Of a DNA stretch of 64,000 bases, positions 44,679 through 55,201 are shown piece after piece; position 1 is the first letter of the stretch; each line of letters opens with the position of its first letter. This stretch comes from an uncultured bacterium (GTDB taxonomy: Bacteria > Patescibacteriota > Minisyncoccia > Phycocordibacterales > DATDWN01). The DNA lies in NCBI GenBank assembly GCA_963727715.1, contig CAVSGX010000004.1, positions 82,582 through 146,581 on the forward strand, given 5' to 3'. The notes under the pieces are model-generated. The model worked only from the letters and a program-made list of their open reading frames with translations. It did no database searches and was not told the DNA's origin. The position numbers and the translations under genes were made by a program.

Positions 44679-46838
44679 TTATTTTCTTGCCTCAATTATC
44701 GCTTTCTCAACATTCGGCGGGACGACTTCATAGTGGTCAAATTCCATCATCATTGAACCGCGACCTTGGGTCATGGAGCGGATGTCTGTGGTGTAGCCGA
44801 ACATTTCGGAAAGCGGCACTTTAGCGTGAACGACACGAAGCTGACCGCGTTCATCCATTCCTTCTATTTGCCCGCGCTTGCCGGAAAGCGAGCCGGTAAT
44901 GTCACCCATAAACTGCTCCGGCATGACAACTTCCACTTTCATAATAGGTTCCAGAATGACCGGGCGAGCGCGCTTGGCGGCATCTTGGAAAGCCTGCGAA
45001 GCGGCGATTTTGTAAGCGATTTCGGAAGAGTCAACATCGTGATACGAACCGTATGTCAGCTCGCAGGAAACATTGACCATCGGATAGCCGGCGACAATCC
45101 CGCGACCCATCGCTTCGCGCACACCTTTCTCCACAGCCGGAATAAATTCCTGCGGGATGACACCGCCTTTGATGGAATCAATGAATTCAAAGTCATCGTA
45201 GCGTTTGACATTTTTCGGAATTTTTTTGCCCTCGGCAATCGGCTCCATCGGTTTCAAATTTAATTTGACGTGACCATACTGACCTTTGCCACCGGTTTGT
45301 TTGATGTATTTGTGTTCGGCTTCGGCCGTGCCGAGAATGGTTTCGCGATATGCCACTTGCGGTTTGCCGACATTGGCTTCCACCGAAAATTCTCGCTTCA
45401 TTCTTTCAACCATAATTTCCAAGTGGAGCTCGCCCATGCCGGAAATGATAGTCTCACCGGTTTCGGTATTACTCGAAATAACAAATGTGGGGTCCTCGTC
45501 GGAAAGTTTTTTCAAAGCCAAACCCATTTTTTCCTGGTCGGCTTTTGTTTTCGGTTCAATGCGCAAAGAAACGACAGGGGCCACGAATTTGATCGGTTCA
45601 AGGATGATCGGCTTGTCCTCGTCGCAGAGCGTGTGTGAAGTTTTGGCTGATCTTTAATCCGACAGCCGCGGCGATTTCGCCGGCGAAAACTTTTTTGACT
45701 TCTTCGCGCTTGTCGGCTTGCAGACGGACGATGCGACCGAGACGTTCTTTTTCGCCTGTTGTTGAATTGTAAATATATGTGCCCGCCTCAATCGTCCCGG
45801 AATAGACGCGGAAGAAAGTCAGCTGACCGACGAACGGATCGTTTTGCAGTTTGAAAGCCAGAGCGGCAAAGGGCTCTTCGTCTGAAGCGTTGCGATAAAT
45901 ATCCTCACCGGTTTTCGGGTCTGTTCCGTGTACCGGCGGAATATCAGAGGTGATGGTAAATAGTCCACCACTCCGTCGAGAACGAGCTGCACGCCTTTGT
46001 TTTTCAGCGCCGAACCGGCGTAAACAGGAACGATTTTGACGGCGATGCAAGCTTTGCGCAAAGTGGTTTTGAGTTCTGGGACAGACGGCTCGCTTCCTTC
46101 CAGATATTCATGCATCAGTTTGTCATCTTCGGAAACAATTTTTTCCACCAGTTCATCGCGATATTTTTTTGCTTCTTCCAAATATTCTGCCGGCATTTCC
46201 GCCTCGCGAACGTTGATACCCATATTACCTTCAAAGTAGTAGGCTTTCATATCCAGCAAATCAATCACACCTTCAAATTTATCTTCCAATCCCATCGGGA
46301 TTTGCATTCGCACTGCGTTTTTAGTCAGACGATCCAAAATGGAAGCGTATGATCTTTCAAAACTCGCGCCTGTGCGGTCCAGCTTGTTGATGAAGCAGAT
46401 GCGTGGCACGTTGCCGTCGTCGGCATAGCGCCAGTTGGTTTCGGATTGTGGTTCCACACCGGCCACACCGTCGAAAACCACCACCGCGCCGTCGAGCACA
46501 CGAAGCGAGCGTTTGACCTCGGCTGTAAAATCAATGTGCCCGGGAGTGTCAATAATATTGAAACGATAAAGATTTTCATGCAGAGGTTTGCCGTCCGCGC
46601 CACGAGCTTTGTATGTCGGGTTCCAGAAACAAGTGATGGCTGCCGCCGTGATAGTGATGCCGCGTTCCCTCTCCTGCTCCATCCAGTCGGTCACCGTTTC
46701 GCCCTCGTGCACTTCGCCGATTTTGTGGGTCATGCCCGTGTAGAAAAGCACGCGCTCCGAAGTGGTCGTCTTTCCTGCGTCAATATGGGCAATAATGCCG
46801 AAATTTCTGACTTTCTCTAATGGGTAATCTCTGTTCAT
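44679..46838 (-). CDS. fusA: Elongation factor G, fragmented into three ORFs (45819-46838, 45598-46050, 44679-45584) by two apparent 1-nt frameshifts (~45945 and ~45642).
   Basis: N-terminal [18 protein letters not shown]...DTPGHIDF...NKLDR. Domain [16 protein letters not shown].... Domains III-V ...[27 protein letters not shown].... The frames reconnect at ...VDYLPSPL|DIPPVHG and ...AAAVGLK..|..[14 protein letters not shown]. Confidence 0.9.
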
Positions 46839-46941
46839 ATAAATTTGTTGAATAAAAAAATTTGCAAAAAATAAAAAACGCTAACGAGTAATTGGAGATA
46901 CTATAGCTTAATTCACCAAAAATTGCAAAAAATTCTGGTCA

Positions 46942-47241
46942 GTGCTTATTAATGGCAGAGGTAGTATGCTACATCTGTTGACCATTACCTATCAAAGAAT
47001 AAATAAAGAAATTATATTAAGGAGTTATGATGAAGAAAGTAGGGCATTCTTTCATGAATTCATGAAGAATTATCCTGGTGGATTTTTCCCAGATAGGAAA
47101 AAATCTCCAAATGAGACCATTTTGAATATACTTCAATTATTGGAAAGCGGTGCAGAAAAATTCTACGAAGTAGTTTCCATTTCTGAGGTTACAACAGACA
47201 CTTCTTTTGATTGGGATGTATGGTATAGAAACAAAACCTGA
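46942..47241 (+). CDS. Hypothetical protein (99 aa, GTG start), on the opposite strand between rpsG and fusA.
   Basis: ORF with its own downstream intrinsic terminator. Confidence 0.35.
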   Translation: MLINGRGSMLHLLTITYQRINKEIILRSYDEESRAFFHEFMKNYPGGFFPDRKKSPNETILNILQLLESGAEKFYEVVSISEVTTDTSFDWDVWYRNKT

Positions 47242-47263
47242 CCCGAGTGGGTCAGTTTTTTTA
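47236..47263 (+). terminator. Rho-independent terminator of the 99-aa ORF. Its T-run overlaps the rpsG stop codon on the other strand.
   Basis: ctgaccc-gag-tgggtcag followed by ttttttt. Confidence 0.7.
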
Positions 47264-47734
47264 CCAGGCGAAGTGAGCAAAGGCCTTGTTAGCTTCTGCC
47301 ATTTTGTGAGTATTTTCGCGTTTGGTCACGGCGGCGCCTTCGCCTTTGGAAGCTAGAATAATTTCGTCAGCCAGTTTTTCAGCCATTGGTTTGCCTTTGC
47401 CGGCGCGGGCGGCATCTACAATCCATTTCATTGAAAGAAAACTTCGGCGTTCCGGTCTGACTTCCCTCGGCACTTGGTAGTTGGCCCCGCCAACTCTCCG
47501 CGAGCGGACTTCGGTCAGTGGTCCTGTGTTTTTCAAAGCGGTGTCAAAAACTTCCATAACATCCACTGTCGTAGCTCCGCCTTTTTTGATAATTTCAAAT
47601 GCCTCGTAAACAATTCCGCGAGCCGTCTGCTTCTGACCGCGTTGCATGACATAGTTAATAAACTTGGCTACTTTTTCCGAGTTGTATTTATTTTCTTTCT
47701 TGACAATATTTCTGTTTTTAACTTTTCTTCGCAT
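47261..47734 (-). CDS. rpsG: Ribosomal protein S7.
   Basis: Typical S7 sequence (…RSRRVGGANYQVP…), in the rpsL-rpsG-fusA context. Confidence 0.95.
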   Translation of the reverse strand: MRRKVKNRNIVKKENKYNSEKVAKFINYVMQRGQKQTARGIVYEAFEIIKKGGATTVDVMEVFDTALKNTGPLTEVRSRRVGGANYQVPREVRPERRSFLSMKWIVDAARAGKGKPMAEKLADEIILASKGEGAAVTKRENTHKMAEANKAFAHFAW

Positions 47735-47776
47735 GATTTTTATATTTTTTACTTTCTACTTTTTACACTTTACTTA

Positions 47777-48190
47777 TTATTTAGCTTTAGGTTTCTTGGC
47801 TCCGTAATTTGACCGACTCTGTCTCCTGGCTTCCACGCCGGTGGCATCAAGCACCCCGCGCACGATGGAATAACGCAAACCGACATCGCGCACTTTGCCC
47901 CCGCGAAGCATTACCACCGAGTGCTCCTGCAAATTATGCCCCATGCCCGGGATGTAAGCTGTCACTTCGTAGCCGTTGGTCAGACGAACGCGAGCGATTT
48001 TGCGGATAGCCGAGTTCGGTTTCTTCGGCGTTTTGGTTGTGACTTTAGTGCAAACACCGCGTTTAAACGGAGATGAGTAAAAAACCGGCCGGTTTTCCAG
48101 ATTGTTGAATCCGCGCGTCAAAGCCACCGATCTTGGTTTGCGTTTGTTTTTATGTCGCTTTTTTTTGATTAACTGATTTATTGTGGACAT
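47777..48190 (-). CDS. rpsL: Ribosomal protein S12.
   Basis: …[52 protein letters not shown]…. Confidence 0.97.
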   Translation of the reverse strand: MSTINQLIKKKRHKNKRKPRSVALTRGFNNLENRPVFYSSPFKRGVCTKVTTKTPKKPNSAIRKIARVRLTNGYEVTAYIPGMGHNLQEHSVVMLRGGKVRDVGLRYSIVRGVLDATGVEARRQSRSNYGAKKPKAK

Positions 48191-48353
48191 TGGTCACTAC
48201 TCTAATATAGATGGAGAAAAAATGCAAATTTTATAATCAAAACTGCCAGACAGTTTAAACTGTCTGGCAGGCGTTACTTCGGTGGTTCAACATTTCTGTC
48301 GGCCCCTATCTTACGCTGGAAATATGTTATCTTTTTGGACAAAAAAGTCAATT

Positions 48354-48965
48354 TTACATAGCCACCCCAGTAATCCAAGTAAACTCATGCGAAACGATTG
48401 GTAACATAAATTGCCATAAAAAGAAAATGAAGAAAAGTAAAATCAAAAAACCGTATCGTTCAAAAAATGGGCGGACACTTTGCCAACGGTACGGCAGAAA
48501 AGAAAAAATAATTTTGGAACCGTCCAGTGGCGGAATCGGCACGAGGTTGAATGTAGCCAAAATCAAATTGATGAAAACTATCGTGCCAGCAATGTAGACA
48601 AAACCGTCGCCGAGTGCATAGAGCAAACCAAAACGCAACAGAAGACCAAAGAAAAGGGCGACACAAATGTTGGCCAAGGGTCCGGCGATGGCCACGATGG
48701 CCTCGCCCCATTTTTGATTGCGCAAGTTGTACGGATTGAAAGGCACGGGCCTGGCCCAACCGATGATGAAGCCACCGAGAAAATACGAAATGACCGGCAA
48801 AATGAAAGAGCCGAACCACTCCAAATGTTTCAGTGGGTTAAGTGTCAATCGCCCGGCATACTTGGCTGTGTTGTCGCCCTGAAAATAGGCGGCATAGCCG
48901 TGCGAGACCTCGTGAACAACGATCGACATTATCAATATTAAAATGGAAAAAATAAAAGTAATCAT
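48354..48965 (-). CDS. M50-family intramembrane metalloprotease (site-2 protease-like, small form).
   Basis: HEVSH (HExxH) within TM1. Polytopic membrane protein with a second conserved ...LNPLKHL... region. Confidence 0.65.
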   Translation of the reverse strand: MITFIFSILILIMSIVVHEVSHGYAAYFQGDNTAKYAGRLTLNPLKHLEWFGSFILPVISYFLGGFIIGWARPVPFNPYNLRNQKWGEAIVAIAGPLANICVALFFGLLLRFGLLYALGDGFVYIAGTIVFINLILATFNLVPIPPLDGSKIIFSFLPYRWQSVRPFFERYGFLILLFFIFFLWQFMLPIVSHEFTWITGVAM

Positions 48966-49103
48966 GAGAAAATTTCTAATTTTTAATTTCTAATTGACCT
49001 AAACAATAACCAATCTCTAAGTCCCAATGCCCAAAATTTTTGGTTGGTCATTTGTTACTGGAATTTATTTAGAAATTAGATTAATTAGAAATTAGAAATT
49101 TGA
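48966..49103. promoter_or_regulatory. AT-rich upstream region with TAGAAATT / AATTTCTAA repeat boxes. The proximal and distal boxes are identical to those upstream of comEC (62259-62404).
   Basis: Proximal box gagaaaatttctaatttttaatt abuts the start codon. Distal box ttagaaattagattaattagaaatt. Both are 23-25 nt identical between the two loci. Confidence 0.6.
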
Positions 49104-49147
49104 TTGTGTTGCACCAGCAACACAACTATGCTAGCATACTTACCACT

Positions 49148-49390
49148 ATGGCAAAAGTATGTCCGATCAATAAAAAAGGTTCGCGCATGGGTGGCGGGTA
49201 TTCCAATCGCACTCGCGCCACACAATTCAACCCGACCGGCATGGTCCGCAAATATCCAAACCTCCAGAAAAAGAAGGTTTATATCCCCGAACTGAAAAAA
49301 TCAGTCACTCTTTTGCTTTCCACTAAAGGTATCAAAACTATCCAAAAAAACGGCGCTTTCATCACACTGAAAAAAGCCGGGTTGATCTAA
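49148..49390 (+). CDS. rpmB: Ribosomal protein L28.
   Basis: MAKVCPINKKGSRMGGGYSNRTRATQFNP.... Confidence 0.8.
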   Translation: MAKVCPINKKGSRMGGGYSNRTRATQFNPTGMVRKYPNLQKKKVYIPELKKSVTLLLSTKGIKTIQKNGAFITLKKAGLI

Positions 49391-49417
49391 AATACGTATC
49401 AAATAATTAACCTTATC

Positions 49418-49447
49418 AAAAATACCGCTCAAATAAGCGGTATTTTT
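49418..49447. terminator. Bidirectional intrinsic terminator after rpmB.
   Basis: aaaataccgct-caaataa-gcggtatttttga. Confidence 0.7.
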
Positions 49448-49477
49448 GATATTAGGCATTATGATTATTGAATTTAC

Positions 49478-49506
49478 TTGACAAAAGACTAAAGATGGTG
49501 TATGAT
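49478..49506 (+). promoter_or_regulatory. Consensus sigma70-type promoter (TTGACA - 17 nt - TATGAT) driving the candidate ncRNA.
   Basis: TTGACA at 49478-49483 and TATGAT at 49501-49506, read directly. Confidence 0.6.
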
Positions 49507-49512
49507 ACCCAT

Positions 49513-49844
49513 AAAAGATGCCGTTCTATTGAACGCTTGGAATCATGGCCTCCGGCTAGAGCACCGAAGGAGGTCACGAAGCACCTGTGACCGGAAGCCG
49601 CATCGTGGCTGAAAAATAAGGTGGATCCCCGGAAGTTATGACCCCGGTGGACGCGCTGACCCAGTGCGAGAAAAAGGGTGATTTGGTTCTTAGGGAGAAT
49701 ATCATGCATCGCTGAGTGAAGGCGTCGTTAAATAAGTTCCCAAAGGTTGACGCACCAAGGTTGCGAGCGACTCTAGGCCCGAGTCGAATACCCGGCCGTG
49801 TAAATGCATCCGGGTGCCCAGACAATTTTGTCTGGGCTTTTTGT
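49513..49844 (+). ncRNA. Candidate structured ncRNA (~330 nt, GC-rich, no credible ORF). Identity unknown; possibly a divergent RNase P RNA, tmRNA or SRP RNA.
   Basis: Bounded by a perfect promoter and a strong terminator (gcccagacaattttgtctgggc + T-run at 49816-49844). GC content is far above the genome background. Only short or implausible ORFs. Confidence 0.5.
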
Positions 49845-49848
49845 TTAC

Positions 49849-50724
49849 CTATTTTTGCAAAACAAACTGTTTACCGTCGGAGTGCAAAACAATTCGGCCC
49901 AAATCGTATGTGCCGAGAATTTGCACACCGTACTTTTGCAGTGTGGCTACTGTTGTCGTGGCCGGAAAGCCGTAGCTGTTCCCTTTTTCGGCCGAGATAA
50001 CGGCAATTTGTGGCGCGACTTCTTTGACAAACTCATCCGAAGTGGAAGTTTTGGAACCATGATGCCCGACTTTCAAAATAGTGCTCTGTAAATTTTTCCC
50101 ATCAAGCGAGATTAAATAGTCTTCAATTTTTTTCGGCGAGTCCCCGGTCAAAAGCACGCTTGTGTCTCCGTAAGTCAGACGCGAAACGACCGAGGCGTCG
50201 TTACTAGCCAAACCGGAAACATCGCGATCGGGGAAAAGAATTGTAATTTGCGCGCCGTCACCAAGATCAATAACCTCTCCGCGCCTAGCCAAAATTTCAG
50301 GAATATTTTTTTCGACAATTTCTTTTTCCAATAATGCATAATCAGGTGTAGCCGAGCGATAACCAGACTCTACAACCACATCCACTTTGTAATTTTGCAG
50401 GAGCGAAATAAATCCGCTGTAATGATCGCTGTCCGAGTTGGTGATGATAATAGCGTCAATATGTTTGTCCCACCACGGCATAACGGCCGGCAGTTCGCGA
50501 ATCAAGTTGTCGTTTGGTCCACCGTCCATCAAAACTTTCACACCACCCGGCGATTCAATGAAAAGCCCGTCACCTTGACCGATGTTAAGCGCAGCGAATG
50601 TCAGACCGATTTGATTTTCGGCTAGTGTGACCGACCACAAAACAGCGCAGAAAACAAAAAGCGATAGCAACAAGTACCAGCGAAAATATTTTTTGATGTG
50701 GGAGAAAATTTGCTTCATACTCAT
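49849..50724 (-). CDS. Metallo-beta-lactamase-fold protein of the ComEC C-terminal-domain type, with a signal-anchor.
   Basis: Matches the ComEC MBL domain: …DAIIITNSDSDHYSGF… and …LKVGHHGSKTS…. Confidence 0.7.
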   Translation of the reverse strand: MSMKQIFSHIKKYFRWYLLLSLFVFCAVLWSVTLAENQIGLTFAALNIGQGDGLFIESPGGVKVLMDGGPNDNLIRELPAVMPWWDKHIDAIIITNSDSDHYSGFISLLQNYKVDVVVESGYRSATPDYALLEKEIVEKNIPEILARRGEVIDLGDGAQITILFPDRDVSGLASNDASVVSRLTYGDTSVLLTGDSPKKIEDYLISLDGKNLQSTILKVGHHGSKTSTSDEFVKEVAPQIAVISAEKGNSYGFPATTTVATLQKYGVQILGTYDLGRIVLHSDGKQFVLQK

Positions 50725-50745
50725 AACATATTATATAATTTTTTT

Positions 50746-51858
50746 ATGAAAAATTTCTCTTTTTTTATTTTGGCCATTTTTGCGCCAACTTTTATTTTAT
50801 TAAATTTTGTTTTGCCACATAGCGCAGAGGCTTCGTATCATTTTGCAAATTTTCAAGGCAAACCTCCGATCCACATTTACGGCTCGACAAGCAAAAAGCC
50901 GGTTGGCATCACGCCGGCCCAGATAAAAAAGATTTACAACTTGCCGGCAAATGGCGGGCACGGCACAATCGCAATCGTCGGCGCTTACGACGACACAGCA
51001 ATTGAGGGTGACCTCGCCGATTTTGACACACAGTTTGGTTTGACTTCCTGCACAACCAAAAACGGTTGTTTTGAAAAACACAAAATGAGCGCGACAGAAA
51101 AATCGGACAGTGGCTGGACACTGGAAACAACTCTCGATGTGGAATGGGCTCACGCCATCGCCCCGCAAGCCAAAATTTTGCTGGTTGAAGCCACCACGCC
51201 TTCCGGCGCAAATTTGCTCAAAGCCATTGACTACGCCGACTCACGCGCCGATGTGGTTGCCATCTCAATGAGTTGGGGTGGCGCGGAATTTCCGGAAGAG
51301 ACAACGATGGATTCGCATTTCACTTCCAAATCCGACGCAATCTTTTTCGCTTCCTCTGGTGACAATGGCACAGGCGCCAGTTGGCCAGCCGCTTCGCCCA
51401 GTGTCATCGGAGTTGGCGGTACCACGCTCACACTCGATGTAAACGGCGCGCTGAAAAGCGAAACAGCTTGGTCTGGCTCTGGCGGTGGCATCAGTATTTA
51501 TGAAAAAGAACCAAACTTTCAAAAAAGTTACAATATTAGCAGGGCTGGCGGAATGCGAGCCATTCCAGATGTGGCCTACGATGCCGACCCGGGTTCCGGC
51601 TTTTCGATTGTTCGCGGAGGTCTCTGGCGCACAGTCGGTGGCACTTCGGCTGGCGCTCCACAGTGGGCTGCCCTTTCCACTCTCGGAAGCGGCGCGAGCA
51701 ACGCAAATTTTTACAAAGACAAATCTTCGTCGCTGCCGGAGCAATTTTTCTATGATATCAAATCCGGAATAAACGGCGACTGCGGATATTTCTGCACTGC
51801 GCGAAGTCACTACGACTATGTCACCGGTCTCGGTAGCCCGCGCACCAGTGTGTTTTGA
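50746..51858 (+). CDS. Secreted sedolisin-like (S53) serine peptidase.
   Basis: Signal peptide. LETTLDVEWAHAIAP (E/D motif), ISMSWGG and GGTSAGAPQWAAL motifs. Confidence 0.65.
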   Translation: MKNFSFFILAIFAPTFILLNFVLPHSAEASYHFANFQGKPPIHIYGSTSKKPVGITPAQIKKIYNLPANGGHGTIAIVGAYDDTAIEGDLADFDTQFGLTSCTTKNGCFEKHKMSATEKSDSGWTLETTLDVEWAHAIAPQAKILLVEATTPSGANLLKAIDYADSRADVVAISMSWGGAEFPEETTMDSHFTSKSDAIFFASSGDNGTGASWPAASPSVIGVGGTTLTLDVNGALKSETAWSGSGGGISIYEKEPNFQKSYNISRAGGMRAIPDVAYDADPGSGFSIVRGGLWRTVGGTSAGAPQWAALSTLGSGASNANFYKDKSSSLPEQFFYDIKSGINGDCGYFCTARSHYDYVTGLGSPRTSVF

Positions 51859-51917
51859 TTTTCAGAAAAATATTTACAAAACAAAACCCAACCAGCGTAC
51901 CAATTGGGTTTCAAAAA

Positions 51918-52241
51918 CTAGGCGACATTTTCCAAATTCGCAACATTTTCAACCACTTGAAAAATTTGAACCGCCTTTACAAACCAAATCTCAAGCTCGG
52001 TTTCAAGTCCTCCAGACCACCCTCTTTCTATTAAAAGACAATGCCCGAATTCTTTGAGTGCATCATGATGATGACCTTTGATATAATACAAAGTCCTACC
52101 GATAGGACCTTGGGAATCTTCTTTTATATCAATAATAAGATTTCTAAATCTTTCTAAAAAAGGTGGAACATTTTTGTTCATACGATCCTCTGTCCGCATT
52201 ATACTCCTGACAAAAATAAAAAAATTGCTATACTTATCCAC
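51918..52241 (-). CDS. Hypothetical protein.
   Basis: ORF divergent from the purN-like gene. No motif recognised. Confidence 0.3.
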   Translation of the reverse strand: MDKYSNFFIFVRSIMRTEDRMNKNVPPFLERFRNLIIDIKEDSQGPIGRTLYYIKGHHHDALKEFGHCLLIERGWSGGLETELEIWFVKAVQIFQVVENVANLENVA

Positions 52242-52946
52242 ATGACAGATTCAAATCGCAAAAAAATTATCGTTTTCGCTTCCGGCACAAAAGACGGCGG
52301 TGGGTCGGGGTTTGAAAATTTGGTCGTGGCTTCGCGCGACGGAAGGCTTAGTGGCGAAATTGTCGCGGTCGTGAGCAATCACGAAAACGGCGGGGTAAAG
52401 CTTCGCGCAGACAAGCTTGGCATCAAGTTCATTCACTTCCCCGCAAAAAAACCGTCCGAAGGAGAGGGTGGACCGGAATTCGGTACAGCGGAAAATTATA
52501 GAAAACTTACAGAAGGCGCCGACTTAGTTTGCCTTTCCGGTTGGCTCAAGCTTGTCACCGGACTTGACCCGCGAAAAACGATTAATATTCACCCGGGGCC
52601 ACTTCCGCGATTTGGCGGAGCCGGAATGTATGGACATCACGTCCACGAAGCTGTGATGGGAGCGTACAAAAACGGCGACCCTAATCCTGCGGACGGGCAA
52701 AGAGTGACGCACTCTGCGGTTTCAATGCATTTCGTCACCGAAAAATATGATGAGGGCCCATTGTTCTTTTCACAACCCGTGCCGATTCTTCCTGACGACA
52801 CAGCCGACACTTTAGCCAAGCGCGTCAACGAAGCCGAACATAAATGGCAACCGATAATCACCGACAAAGTTTTGTGTGGCGAGATCAGTTGGGATGGTAG
52901 GGACCCAAAAACCTTGCATGTTCCTGAAAAGACCGACCAACCTTGA
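52242..52946 (+). CDS. purN: Formyltransferase, PurN-like (phosphoribosylglycinamide formyltransferase).
   Basis: KIIVFASG..GS...L; NIHPGPLPRFGG (the HxSLLP-type loop); typical size ~230 aa. Confidence 0.65.
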   Translation: MTDSNRKKIIVFASGTKDGGGSGFENLVVASRDGRLSGEIVAVVSNHENGGVKLRADKLGIKFIHFPAKKPSEGEGGPEFGTAENYRKLTEGADLVCLSGWLKLVTGLDPRKTINIHPGPLPRFGGAGMYGHHVHEAVMGAYKNGDPNPADGQRVTHSAVSMHFVTEKYDEGPLFFSQPVPILPDDTADTLAKRVNEAEHKWQPIITDKVLCGEISWDGRDPKTLHVPEKTDQP

Positions 52947-53023
52947 TGTGCCGGATCCAAAAGAATTTCGTTTCTTCTAGGCTCACGAAAGTGGGCTTTG
53001 TTTTTTAGTGTTATAATTCTCGC

Positions 53024-55201
53024 ATGAATTTAAATTCTCCACTTTCGGACGTACTGCGAATACTGCCGGCGCACAAAAAGGCGTTGGACAAGCTTGGGCT
53101 GAAAACAGTCAGGAATTTGCTTTACCATTTTCCGGTACGATATGGCAACACAAAAGAAATAAAATACATTGGGTCGCTTTTGGCCGGTCAGGAAGCGACT
53201 GTTTTTGGCACAGTGACCGGACTGAAAACAAGCAGGGGTTTCCGTAGTAGAATTCCGATGTCGGAGGCCACGCTTTCCGATGAGACGGGTAAAATAAAAA
53301 TCGTCTGGTTCCATCAGCCATACATCGCCAAGATGCTCCACGAAGGCGCGAGTGTGCGCGTACAGGGGAAAATTTCCGAAAAAAGAAAGAAAGATGCTGA
53401 CGGACACGGAGAGATTTATTTTTCAAATCCGAAAGTGGAAGTGGTGCGGAGTATTCCCGTCGGCGTCGGCAAAAGTCTTTTTGGCCAGTCGGGCGACGAG
53501 CATAGTTTGTATCCGGTTTATCCGGAAAGTCGCGGAGTAACTTCCAACTGGATTTACCACGCCGTTGAAAAAATTTTTCGTAGCGACATTTTGGAAAATT
53601 TAGAGGAAAACATCCCGCCAGAGATTTTAGAAAAATATAATCTGCCATCTCTCAAGACCGCGCTGATTTGGATTCACACGCCGAAAAAAGAATCCGACGC
53701 CGAAGCGGCCCGCAAAAGATTCGCTTTTGAAGAAATTTTTTTCATTCAGCTTCAAAAACAGCGCGATAAAAAAATCTGGCAGAGTGAGAAAAGTTTTGAA
53801 ATTTCTCCGAACAAAAAAAATGTTGATGAATTTGTGGCGCGATTTCCTTTCACCCCGACAGAAGCCCAGAAAAAAGCTGTTTATGTGGTGCTGGCCGATT
53901 TCAAAAAAGGTCATCCGATGTCGCGACTACTTGAAGGAGACGTCGGGAGTGGCAAAACAGCTGTGGCTGCCACATGCGCTTTCGCCGTAGTGACAAGTCG
54001 ACCAAACGGCCAAGATTTCGGCAACTTGCAAGTCGCCTACATGGCCCCGACGGAAATTTTAGCCAAACAACATTATGAAAATTTTATTGGATATTTCAAA
54101 CATCTACCAATTAAAGTCGGACTTCTGACCGGAAGCGACTGCCAGATTTTTCCAAGCAAATCCGACCGAACAAAACCGACCAAAATTTCTCGTGTTCAAC
54201 TTTTGAAGTGGGTGGCCAATGGCGAGGTGCCGATTTTGATTGGCACGCACGCACTCATTCAAAAATCTGTCGCATGGAAGCACTTGGCATTCGTGGTCAT
54301 CGACGAACAGCACCGCTTCGGCACGGCCCAACGCCAGAAACTGATACAAAAAAATTCCGTCGCGCCACATCTCCTGACCATGACCGCCACCCCGATTCCC
54401 CGCACTTTGGCCTTGACCATTTACGGCGATTTGGATTTGACTTTGCTTGACCAAATGCCCGTCGGTAGAAAACCAATTATTACCAAAATTATTTTGCCAC
54501 AGAACAGAGAAAAAACTTATGAGGAAATCTCGCGAGAACTTGAAAACGACCGTCAACTTTATGTCATTTGCCCGCGCATTGAAGAGCCCGACCCGACCAA
54601 AGAATTGGCCATTATTGCCAAATCGGTCAAACTGGAAGCTGAGCGGTTAAAGCGCGACATTTTCCAAAAATGGAACATCGGCATTCTGCACAGTAAAATG
54701 ACGCCAGCCGAAAAAGAAAAAACCATGCAGGAATTTTTGGCAAAAAAAATTGATATTCTGGTTGCCACATCTGTGGTAGAAGTCGGCGTTAATGTGCCGA
54801 ACGCCACTATGATCGTCATTGAAGGCGCCGAACGCTTTGGTCTGTCGCAACTTCACCAACTGCGCGGACGCGTCATTCGTTCAAACCATCAAGCCTACTG
54901 TTTTGTTTTCACCGAAAGCAAAAGTGAGAAAACGCGCGAGCGCTTGAAAGCGCTGACTACAGCCAAAAATGGTTTTGAACTTTCCGAATTTGATTTGGCA
55001 CAACGCGGAGCCGGCGAACTTTATGGCAGAAAACAATGGGGCATCTCGGACTTGGCCATGGAAGCCATCAAAAATATAAAAATGGTGGAAGCGGCTCGCT
55101 TGGAAGCCACACAAATTATTGACTCTGACCAGCTACTGCAAAAACACCCGAAACTTTTGGATCACATTTCAAATCAAACAAACGCCATTCATTTTGAATA
55201 A
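53024..55201 (+). CDS. recG: ATP-dependent DNA helicase RecG.
   Basis: N-terminal wedge/OB domain. Helicase motifs GDVGSGKT, DEQHRFG. C-terminal helicase domain. Confidence 0.92.
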   Translation: MNLNSPLSDVLRILPAHKKALDKLGLKTVRNLLYHFPVRYGNTKEIKYIGSLLAGQEATVFGTVTGLKTSRGFRSRIPMSEATLSDETGKIKIVWFHQPYIAKMLHEGASVRVQGKISEKRKKDADGHGEIYFSNPKVEVVRSIPVGVGKSLFGQSGDEHSLYPVYPESRGVTSNWIYHAVEKIFRSDILENLEENIPPEILEKYNLPSLKTALIWIHTPKKESDAEAARKRFAFEEIFFIQLQKQRDKKIWQSEKSFEISPNKKNVDEFVARFPFTPTEAQKKAVYVVLADFKKGHPMSRLLEGDVGSGKTAVAATCAFAVVTSRPNGQDFGNLQVAYMAPTEILAKQHYENFIGYFKHLPIKVGLLTGSDCQIFPSKSDRTKPTKISRVQLLKWVANGEVPILIGTHALIQKSVAWKHLAFVVIDEQHRFGTAQRQKLIQKNSVAPHLLTMTATPIPRTLALTIYGDLDLTLLDQMPVGRKPIITKIILPQNREKTYEEISRELENDRQLYVICPRIEEPDPTKELAIIAKSVKLEAERLKRDIFQKWNIGILHSKMTPAEKEKTMQEFLAKKIDILVATSVVEVGVNVPNATMIVIEGAERFGLSQLHQLRGRVIRSNHQAYCFVFTESKSEKTRERLKALTTAKNGFELSEFDLAQRGAGELYGRKQWGISDLAMEAIKNIKMVEAARLEATQIIDSDQLLQKHPKLLDHISNQTNAIHFE

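Noticed and set aside
49452-49825. Minus-strand ORFs 49452-49709 and 49574-49825.
   Set aside because: They lie inside the GC-rich promoter/terminator-bounded candidate ncRNA, have no start context, and produce Arg/Gly/Pro-rich translations typical of GC-rich non-coding DNA.
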